From an uncultured virus (IMG/VR IMGVR_UViG_3300001605_000032) (lineage: Duplodnaviria; Heunggongvirae; Uroviricota; Caudoviricetes), in IMG/VR virus record IMGVR_UViG_3300001605_000032, positions 1 through 64,000 of that record: a stretch of 64,000 bases of DNA, one strand, 5' to 3'. The position numbers and the translations under genes are program-made. Positions 56,633-64,000 of this stretch are shown piece after piece. Each line of letters starts with the position of its first letter. Position 1 is the first letter of the stretch. Below the pieces are notes generated by a model. That model made no database searches and was not told the origin of the DNA. It saw only the letters and a program-made list of their open reading frames with translations.

Positions 56633-58885
56633 TCAGGTGTCTTCGTAAAGCGGGATCTGTTCAGTCGCGAGCAGGTCTTGAACCATGTCCTCGCTCTCCG
56701 GATGGACAGTGAGAGACGACGCCAACTTCAACTTTTCGATCATCAGCTTGACGTCGCGGTCGCGCTCTTTCTCGTAGGCGTTTGCCGCCAACTCGCGCTC
56801 GCGCACCTGTGCGTTGAGTGAGGCCACGGCCAGCTTGGGATCGACGGCTGGTTGCTCCGGTTGACCTTCAACTTGGTGCGGCTGCGCACGCATGGACGCG
56901 ATGGCCAGTTGCGTTTGAAGCTGCTTGTCCTTGTTCTGCGCGTCCGCTGCGATCTTGGCTTGCTGGATCTGAGCGTTGATGCCAGCAACCAGCAGTCTCG
57001 GATCTGGCGGCGGGGCTCCCGGCTGTTGCGGCGGCGCGAACAGTTCTTCCGGATTGTCGATGCCGATCGCCTTTAGGATGTTCTCGTCCACCTTGCGAGC
57101 GTCGTACATCGCCGGGTTGGCGCTTTGAAGCTGCTTTACCGCTGTCCACTTCATCACACGGTGCATGTGCGACGGTGTATTCGGATCGGCTTGCGGAACC
57201 AGATCGACGTTCTTCAACGCGGCGATCAGCTTGTCGGCATTCCACTTTCCGTTCTTGCGCCGCGCATGGCGCCAGAGCGCTTCCGGGTCTTCCTCAAAGC
57301 ATTTCTTGAGCAGCCGCAGTTCTTCGCTCTGCGATGCGTGCAAACCCTTATGAACCGCGCCCTCGACCTTCATGGCTTGCTCGATCAGCGCCAGCGTGGT
57401 GCCAACGGGCGCGTTCTGCTTGCCCTCACCAACGCCTACCTCAGCCATGTTGCCGACGCGCTGGCCAACCTCCCGTAAGGCTCCCAAGAACGTCATGAAC
57501 GCCGGGCCTGGCTCTTTGTACGGCAGCGGCATGACCATGTCTTTGATAGCCATGGTGCCGTTGGATTGGAGCGGCGCACCACCACCGGGGGGAACCCGAA
57601 AGTGATTGGTCATCTGCCGATTGGAGCCGGTCTGCAAGTAGAGGAAGCCTGGGAAGTTCGCCAGCATGCCAGCGTCCAACACTTCACGCGTGCCGGCCGT
57701 CAACGCCGTGGCGATGTTGCCGAGAATGTGCAACAGGCCGATGCCGTAGAAGCCGAACGCCTTGATGTAGCTGAACTCGACAAACGTCTTGCGCGGCTGG
57801 AACTCCTGATCTTCCTCGTCCCAATCGCGGCGGATCTCAAGGATCTGTTGAGACGCCTTGTCGATGGTGACGCGATAGGGCAGCGGAAGGCCAGTCGGAG
57901 CGCCGTTCTTCTTGTGCTCGTAGCCTTTGATGTCGAGTTCGCAGTAGCACTCCCACAGTTCGTAGTCCTGATCTTCCGGACGCGACTGCGTGTTGGGCTG
58001 GATACCCTGCACAGTATCTATCTTGCGCTGAACAGCATCGCCGCCCATCGGCTGCGGGAACAGATCGACGTGGCGATAGACGCCAAGGATCTGCATCCGC
58101 ACCATGTCGGACTGTTTCATCCGAACGACTTGGGTAACCCTTGCCGCACTGGTCAGATCGACGGCGGCGTTGGAGACTATCAAATCCTTGGCGTCCACAT
58201 ACTCGCTCACCGGACGATTGCGCAGAGGCGAGTGATATACCTTCTTGAACCCAGATCCACCGAAGCCGGTCATGAACAGCATCCGCCGCGTGTCGGGGTA
58301 ATAGTCCGACGCCGTGGTGGTCAGGTAGATGTTGAGATCTTTTTCAAGCGTCTCCGCCTGCTGATCGCCGGCCGCGTTGCCGGGGCCATCGTTGCGCACC
58401 TTGACGGGGCCGCTCGCCGGCAGCAGTTCCGCCGCCGCGTTCGACATGAACCGGATGCACGCTTCCAGCAGGATCGGATCGCGAACCGTGCTCATGCCTT
58501 CCAGCGGGGCGCCGGACGCTATGTCCGACTTTGGATCGTCGAGCTTCAAGCCAAGCAGATCAATGCCGCGTGCGCGGGCTTCCAGCCATTGCGACCGTGA
58601 ACGATCGTCAGAATCGATACCGTTGCAGAGATCGCCACAGATGCGCGCGATCTCTGCCTGATCGATCTTGTCGGCAAGGTTCTCGTCGTGACCATCGCTG
58701 GCCATGGCATCGCGGCGGTACTGCGGGTTAAGATCGATGACGATCGAACCATCCGGCAGCGACACCTCGATCGTGCCGTCGCTCGTGACCCTTGGTGCGT
58801 CCAGGTCGACATCATCCGTCATCCCCTCCACCACCACGTCGTAATCGGCGTCGATGATGTTGGGTTGTGCGGCGATGCCTGCCAT
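56633..58885 (-). CDS. portal protein
   Basis: 750 aa; HDENLA, GSGFKKVY, LPLPYRVTID, GFYGIGLLH, MPLPYKEP and APVGTTLALIE. Confidence 0.88.
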   Translation of the reverse strand: MAGIAAQPNIIDADYDVVVEGMTDDVDLDAPRVTSDGTIEVSLPDGSIVIDLNPQYRRDAMASDGHDENLADKIDQAEIARICGDLCNGIDSDDRSRSQWLEARARGIDLLGLKLDDPKSDIASGAPLEGMSTVRDPILLEACIRFMSNAAAELLPASGPVKVRNDGPGNAAGDQQAETLEKDLNIYLTTTASDYYPDTRRMLFMTGFGGSGFKKVYHSPLRNRPVSEYVDAKDLIVSNAAVDLTSAARVTQVVRMKQSDMVRMQILGVYRHVDLFPQPMGGDAVQRKIDTVQGIQPNTQSRPEDQDYELWECYCELDIKGYEHKKNGAPTGLPLPYRVTIDKASQQILEIRRDWDEEDQEFQPRKTFVEFSYIKAFGFYGIGLLHILGNIATALTAGTREVLDAGMLANFPGFLYLQTGSNRQMTNHFRVPPGGGAPLQSNGTMAIKDMVMPLPYKEPGPAFMTFLGALREVGQRVGNMAEVGVGEGKQNAPVGTTLALIEQAMKVEGAVHKGLHASQSEELRLLKKCFEEDPEALWRHARRKNGKWNADKLIAALKNVDLVPQADPNTPSHMHRVMKWTAVKQLQSANPAMYDARKVDENILKAIGIDNPEELFAPPQQPGAPPPDPRLLVAGINAQIQQAKIAADAQNKDKQLQTQLAIASMRAQPHQVEGQPEQPAVDPKLAVASLNAQVRERELAANAYEKERDRDVKLMIEKLKLASSLTVHPESEDMVQDLLATEQIPLYEDT

Positions 58886-58895
58886 GGATCAGTCC

Positions 58896-59123
58896 TCAGT
58901 TCGTCTGCTGCGCCGGCTCGCCGGGAACACGCCCGGCGATCTCGTCGATCATCCGCTGCGCAAGCTCGACGTCGGCGTACATGCTGACCAGATGCTGCTT
59001 AGCGAGGTTGAAGTCACTGGCGACGCCGTTGGCGCTGAGATACGCCGTCATCTGATTGGCTCGATAGACCAGGATGCCGACCATGTCGTCGATGGTCAGC
59101 TGGCGTCCATTCGTCTCGTTCAT
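58896..59123 (-). CDS. hypothetical protein
   Basis: 75-aa ORF in the operon. Confidence 0.55.
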   Translation of the reverse strand: MNETNGRQLTIDDMVGILVYRANQMTAYLSANGVASDFNLAKQHLVSMYADVELAQRMIDEIAGRVPGEPAQQTN

Positions 59124-59126
59124 TGA

Positions 59127-59660
59127 TCACATCCCCAGCGGTTCTGTTGTGTCACCCCGTGCCAGCCACCGCTTGAACTGGCCTATCCCCATCTTGGTCA
59201 CGGCGCCGATGCGCTCATGTCCGCGATTATCCGAAAATGCTTTCTTGTACGTCTCGATGGCGTCGTCTTTCGACGAGAACCCTGCCATAACCTTGTGCTC
59301 GTCGAACTTGCCGTTGCGAGCGTCGATCTGGTCGATCACCCACACGTCTTGAGCAAGAGGATTAGGCCCCATGTAGAGATCAATATGGTCGTCGTCGGCG
59401 CCTACGCTGCGAAGCACGTAACCGTACGAAGCGGGCATGGTGCAGGCCCATGCATTACCCTTCGCATCGACGCCGCGACGGATAGAACCCTTGGCGTTCT
59501 CAATCGAAATCCGCAGGCCGTGCCAATTTATCTTGCCTTTGCGGTAGTTGCCGGCCGCGACCTTGGCCTCGCTCGGCTTGCGTTCCGTCTGCGCGGCAGC
59601 GTTCATCACGTGCTCACGCGCCAGCCGCATCGCCGTCGAGACGATGTCCCGGCCGCTCAT
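59127..59660 (-). CDS. stand-alone inorganic-pyrophosphatase-like domain of the polyvalent-protein type
   Basis: AGNYRKG, ISIENAKGSIRRG, YGY...GADDDHIDLYMGP and FDEHKVMAGF. Confidence 0.8.
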   Translation of the reverse strand: MSGRDIVSTAMRLAREHVMNAAAQTERKPSEAKVAAGNYRKGKINWHGLRISIENAKGSIRRGVDAKGNAWACTMPASYGYVLRSVGADDDHIDLYMGPNPLAQDVWVIDQIDARNGKFDEHKVMAGFSSKDDAIETYKKAFSDNRGHERIGAVTKMGIGQFKRWLARGDTTEPLGM

Positions 59661-60169
59661 TTTTCTTCCTCGTCGCCGCGCTCGATCTTTGTCTCTATCA
59701 AAGGAAGTTCTTGAAAATCTTCAACCTGCAGCCTTGCAACTTGCTGGCTTTGCGGCTCAGTCGATCTCTGCGCTCGGCCGATAACTAAGTGGCCTGACAT
59801 TCTTCCACCAGTGGAAACAGTAAGCGTACCACTGATTTGGATGCGATCATTCATCTGGCAAATCCTTCTGCTCGGCTGGTTCATCTAAACAATGAGATTG
59901 ACCAATTATCGGCAAGGACCTGGCGGCACGAGTGGAAAGCACCAAAAATAACTCAGCCACCGAATCTAAATAGTCACCGCGACTGAACTCTGCTCCACAC
60001 AGGCGTAAATGTCTGGCACCTGCGTCAATAGCCTCGATCAATGCTTCACTTTCAGGTTCCGTGAAGTCTATAATTTCCCTCACTTATCGTCTCTCATCGC
60101 TTGGTTCACCACCATCGCTGCAATGATCAGCAGCGCTAAAACTACCGACAGTGCGAGTTGGTCGATCAT
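59657..60169 (-). other. three small ORFs between terL and the InPase-like gene (about 59657-59853, 59847-60083 and 60080-60169)
   Basis: Overlapping stop/start codons; visibly more AT-rich than the flanks; the last ORF is a 29-aa hydrophobic peptide. Confidence 0.5.
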
Positions 60170-60175
60170 GTTGCC

Positions 60176-61837
60176 TCAGACTGGATAGAGCGGCGGAACC
60201 TTCTCGCGGTGCATCGAGCGTGCGATGCGCTCGTCGTTTCTTTCCTCACGGCGAACGGCGAGGCCGACAATGCGAAGGTGATACAGAGCCTGCGTTGCGC
60301 TGTCGACAATGTCTCGATACCGACCGTTCGGGAACACGGCGTGATCGTCGATGACCAACTGCGCCCAATCGCGCGGAACAAGCTCAGAGCCCGGATCTTT
60401 CGGATCTTCCAGTGATGCCGGAACGTGAACGAGACCGTCCGTCCAAAGGTGGATGACCGCCAGAGCACGGGCGAACTTGTCGCCGTCCGGGTTGACCATT
60501 TCAACGCCGAACGCCTCAGACCGATACAGCCGCTCAATCTCTTGACCGACCGACTGCCCGCTAGCTTTGTTCTCGATCAACAGTCGATCGACGCGGAGCC
60601 GCTTGCATTCGTATGCGACCCACTCGACCAGGCCCCACTCTCTCTTTGCCCGATCGACCCAGGACCGCTCGGATTCGTTTGGCTTGCGGTCGACGTGCGG
60701 GCCGTGGATCTCAAGATGCTTGCGCCACCCGGCCAGCATGAGAATCTGCGGGTTTCCGTGCTGGTCTCGATATACGCCCCAGACGCTGAACCCAGACGGA
60801 TCGTTGTGCTCTTTCTTGGTGTAGGCGGAGTCCAAGGACGCGACGACATATTCCATCTTCGGCGGAAGTTTGCCGAACGGGACTTCCAGCATCTGCCAAT
60901 ACTTACGCTTGAAGATGCCGCCGCCGCGTGGCTCTGGCGATTGTTGATACTGGCCGGCCCATAGAAACTCGTTGCGGCGAGACCGCGTCAGCACGGACTC
61001 TGGATAGCGCTCCGGCCACGCCAGTTCGCCCAACTCTGTTCGCGGGTCTTCCCACCCGATGATCGTCGAGCAACGCCGACCGTCGAATTCCATCGGTATG
61101 CAGAGATGAACGTAGTCATCCTCGTGCGTGATGATGTGCCCACTGACATCATCTTCATGCACGCGCTGCATGATCACGACGATCGCCGACTTTTTCAGGT
61201 CGTTGAGGCGGTTGCTCATCGCCTCGTCAAACCACCGAACCGTTTTGCTGCGGATGATGTCGGACTCGCCATCCTTTATGTTGTGCGGATCGTCGAGGCA
61301 GACGATATCCGATCTGGCGCCTGTGCCGACGCCACCAACTGACGACGCGAACTTCCAACCCGTCTTGTCGTTCGATATCTTTTCGACGCCGATTGCGGTT
61401 GACGCAAACCGCGACCCATACAGATCCTGATACTCTGCCGACTGGATCAGGTTGCGGAAGTAGCCGTTGTCTCGTTCCGTCAGATGAGCGGCGTAGCTGA
61501 ACCCGATGATGCGCGTGTGTGGCAGGTCCATCGGACCCCAAATCCACGCCGGCCAAAATACGTTTGTGACGAGCGATTTTGAGAAGCCCGGAGGGACGTT
61601 GATCAAAAGCCGGTTGATCGTGCCGTACGTTACCGCTTCCAAATGCTCACAGATCGCCCGAACAGACCACCCATCAACAAACGGCGTCTTCGGCTCCAGC
61701 ACGTGCCAGAAGTATTTGACGAACTCGTACAAGCCGCCGGGACGGGCGTGCGCATCCTTCGCCTGTCTACGCAGCAACTCCCGTCTCAGCGCTATCTGGC
61801 GTTCCAGAATAGGGCGACGGGAGCCAAGGGAGGACAT
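60176..61837 (-). CDS. terL: terminase large subunit
   Basis: LLINVPPGFSKS (Walker A), VCLDDPH, VIMQRVHEDD, QYQQSP, SLDSA, IENKASG and DIVDSATQAL. Confidence 0.93.
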   Translation of the reverse strand: MSSLGSRRPILERQIALRRELLRRQAKDAHARPGGLYEFVKYFWHVLEPKTPFVDGWSVRAICEHLEAVTYGTINRLLINVPPGFSKSLVTNVFWPAWIWGPMDLPHTRIIGFSYAAHLTERDNGYFRNLIQSAEYQDLYGSRFASTAIGVEKISNDKTGWKFASSVGGVGTGARSDIVCLDDPHNIKDGESDIIRSKTVRWFDEAMSNRLNDLKKSAIVVIMQRVHEDDVSGHIITHEDDYVHLCIPMEFDGRRCSTIIGWEDPRTELGELAWPERYPESVLTRSRRNEFLWAGQYQQSPEPRGGGIFKRKYWQMLEVPFGKLPPKMEYVVASLDSAYTKKEHNDPSGFSVWGVYRDQHGNPQILMLAGWRKHLEIHGPHVDRKPNESERSWVDRAKREWGLVEWVAYECKRLRVDRLLIENKASGQSVGQEIERLYRSEAFGVEMVNPDGDKFARALAVIHLWTDGLVHVPASLEDPKDPGSELVPRDWAQLVIDDHAVFPNGRYRDIVDSATQALYHLRIVGLAVRREERNDERIARSMHREKVPPLYPV

Positions 61838-61840
61838 GGG

Positions 61841-62095
61841 TTACGATTGAGTGTCGCTTCGACGCAACCAGCCGGACGGAGGCGAGAGCGGTTTCCGGAA
61901 ATGCCACTCGACCTCATCGGAGACAATTTGCAGCGTACCGTCAGAACCAAACTTTTCAGTGAGCGCCAATAGAACCGCAGCCATGAGACCTTGCCGTGGA
62001 TCAGAGCTTTCGCCGGGCATGGCGATATACTTGCGCATCTGCTCAAGGATGTCGGTAGCTTCTGGGCTCAGGTTCCAAGCATAATCGTCGATCAC
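61841..62095 (-). CDS. hypothetical protein
   Basis: 84-aa ORF between terS and terL. Confidence 0.5.
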   Translation of the reverse strand: MIDDYAWNLSPEATDILEQMRKYIAMPGESSDPRQGLMAAVLLALTEKFGSDGTLQIVSDEVEWHFRKPLSPPSGWLRRSDTQS

Positions 62096-62722
62096 CTAGT
62101 TCACCGTCCCGTTGCCGCTGTGCAAGTTTTCGATCTCGGCATCGGCCAGACGTTCCAACTCAGTGACGATCTCCTCGTCCGTCATGTTGGAGAAGTCGCC
62201 TGGGCCGCCAACCTCAACACGGTCGATGAACAGCCCAAGGTGCTTACCAAGATCAACCAATGCGCCCTTCTTGTCGTGGAGCTTCAGTGTAAGCGTGCCG
62301 TCCTTCGTCTGCTTCACTTCGGCAATCGCAGCCGCTGCGTTTTCCGACAAATCCTTTGCGTCAACAAGAGCGATCCCGTTTGTAATGTACTCGGTTCCAT
62401 CCTCTTTCGTCACCGCTATCGCAGCGCCCCACTTCACGACGTCGGTGATGTTGGTGAAACCAATTTTGGCCAATTCGCCTAGAACCTTTTCCTTCGTAAT
62501 GGCCAGCTTCTCAATGGCCCTCTCCGTTGCCTTGCGCTCGATGTGGTCGTGTTTCGCAAGCAACTCGCTAACCCTAGCTAAAATATGCTCTTTTCTGGCC
62601 ATCGCCGCTGCGTTTGACGGGTGCGGCGAGAAACCGGCAGAAATATATGCTTTGGCAGCGGGCTCGCCCCTTGCAAGCGCTTGGGCAAAAGCCTCTTGGC
62701 GAACGTTCTTGATGATCGGCAT
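62096..62722 (-). CDS. terS: terminase small subunit
   Basis: RQEAFAQALARG...AYISAGF...ITKEKVLGELAKIGF...KLHDKKGALVDLGKHLGLF. Confidence 0.88.
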   Translation of the reverse strand: MPIIKNVRQEAFAQALARGEPAAKAYISAGFSPHPSNAAAMARKEHILARVSELLAKHDHIERKATERAIEKLAITKEKVLGELAKIGFTNITDVVKWGAAIAVTKEDGTEYITNGIALVDAKDLSENAAAAIAEVKQTKDGTLTLKLHDKKGALVDLGKHLGLFIDRVEVGGPGDFSNMTDEEIVTELERLADAEIENLHSGNGTVN

Positions 62723-62899
62723 TCGATTTTATCCCACCAGCTTTGCAGGCGGTGCTATTTGCTTCCTGTTGCGACGAATGTGTGTGTGAGATAGTTGACC
62801 GGCTCGAACTGGAACCACCGTGTCAGGTTGTACTGGACTATAATGCTGAGCGGGATGATGTCGCCGCGCTTGCATCTGGCTTTCCAGCGGCGGCGGTTG

Positions 62900-63442
62900 T
62901 CACCCCTCACGACGCGCCGCCCGATCTTTCCACGTCGCCGCGATAGCCGCGTGCTCTGCTGTGACGTCGCCTGTGTATGGCAACCCATCCGTGCCGATGA
63001 TGTCACCGCTGGGCTGGACGATGTAGCCCAACCTGACCGTCTCGGCCTGCATCTTGTGTGATAGACGATCCTTCTTGGCGAACCGCTCGGCAATGGCGCG
63101 CAATTCGCATTCGATGGTGGGACACTGCATCAGGATCAACCCTTGCCGTTCGAAGGCAATGGCCGCGTCCTCTACTGGCATCTCTGGATGTGCGGATGGT
63201 CGCACGAATGTCCAGCCGTTGTTCAGCCGATCTTCAAGGTTCGCCATGTCTGGCTCGCCCATCAGAGCGGTGCGCACCCAATTGTACGTTATGCCGGGAG
63301 GTGGCGTGAGAGTGGCAGTGGGTGCCACTGCTTCGGCAATCGCCGGATGCGCTGGCGCAATCGGAACCTTGGGCAGAACGGCAATGACCGCTACGCCTGA
63401 AAGCCCCTTGAGGAATGATCGACGGGTAAGGTCGATGGTCAT
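62900..63442 (-). CDS. Tat-signal protein paralogous to the 53339-53905 protein
   Basis: LTRRSFLKGL signal; PPGITYNWVR...GEPD.AN...NGWTFV..HP...GLILMQCP. Confidence 0.7.
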   Translation of the reverse strand: MTIDLTRRSFLKGLSGVAVIAVLPKVPIAPAHPAIAEAVAPTATLTPPPGITYNWVRTALMGEPDMANLEDRLNNGWTFVRPSAHPEMPVEDAAIAFERQGLILMQCPTIECELRAIAERFAKKDRLSHKMQAETVRLGYIVQPSGDIIGTDGLPYTGDVTAEHAAIAATWKDRAARREG

Positions 63443-63567
63443 GCCCTAAATCATCCGAAGAACGTCACGCCAAAGCCATAGGCTTTGCGGCTCTTGAGCT
63501 TGAGCCAACGCGTAAGAAACAGCCACCGCTGCCATCATAGCAACAACCGATATTGCAACGCGAGCCG

Positions 63568-63792
63568 TCATTCCTTCTTCTCCCATGCGGAGCAGAGGGA
63601 AAGATCGGTGGTGTATTGAGGGACAAAATTACTCATAGCGCCAAGATTGATCGAAAACGAGTTGACCGAGCACTCCCCGAGCGTCGTGGCCGTGCGCGTG
63701 TCGCGCTTCCAATGCTTGCAGTTCGCGCACTTCGGATTGCGATCTTCCAGCCTCGCTTTAAGATAGGCGGTGATGTCGTCGGGGTGTGTCAT
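63568..63792 (-). CDS. small Cys-rich protein
   Basis: CANCKHW...GEC...C. Confidence 0.6.
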   Translation of the reverse strand: MTHPDDITAYLKARLEDRNPKCANCKHWKRDTRTATTLGECSVNSFSINLGAMSNFVPQYTTDLSLCSAWEKKE

Positions 63793-64000
63793 GCTGCTGT
63801 CGGCCCTGTTCGCTCAATTGCCGTAGCGATCTCCATCAACCGCTGCTTAGCACGCTCCATCAGCCAAAGCACCGTGCCTCCATCGGCTATGCTCGCCGCA
63901 AAATAGTCTTCGTTGTTGAGATCGTAGCCGAGCACTACTACAGACGACATGCCGTCGCTGAGCGCGTTGGCAAGAATCATTGCCGGATCGTAATTGATCG
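63789..64000 (-). CDS. hypothetical protein, probably truncated at the window edge
   Basis: VVVLGYD...YFAASIADGGTVLWLMERAK; the frame is open to the window end. Confidence 0.6.
   Translation of the reverse strand, partial: INYDPAMILANALSDGMSSVVVLGYDLNNEDYFAASIADGGTVLWLMERAKQRLMEIATAIERTGPTAA

Overview
This window is a 64 kb stretch of a temperate, podovirus-like phage, probably of an alphaproteobacterial (Hyphomicrobiales-like) host. It appears to be in its free or excised form, because attP has phage DNA on both sides. The + strand from 1 to 9.6 kb carries early genes: a RecT/Bet annealase, a ParB-like protein, an HTH/J-domain fusion, a 5'-3' exonuclease, an excisionase and a tyrosine integrase. 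These are followed by a tRNA-Ala-like RNA with a collapsed anticodon arm and an attP holding the 5' half of tRNA-Ser(UGA). The - strand from 63 to 18.4 kb carries the virion operon: terminases, portal, GroES-like protein, scaffold, capsid, tail and spike proteins, ejection proteins and a polyvalent protein of about 4200 aa that is split by an N-containing low-quality spot. The most striking feature lies between these blocks. A small serine recombinase (17056-16394, -) is followed by about 17 tightly packed mini-cassettes running down to attP (16.4-9.9 kb). Most cassette junctions carry the same 16-bp motif, (T/C/A)AAGA-C-N4-NNGGAG, which resembles the arms of a 29-bp palindrome at the recombinase start codon. 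I propose this as a candidate integron-like gene-cassette array run by a serine recombinase; that is an inference, not a demonstrated mechanism. The last cassette is interrupted by a non-autonomous IS1-like element with 21-bp TIRs, an 8-bp TSD and a deleted transposase. All protein calls come from reading motifs by eye; no database searches were run.
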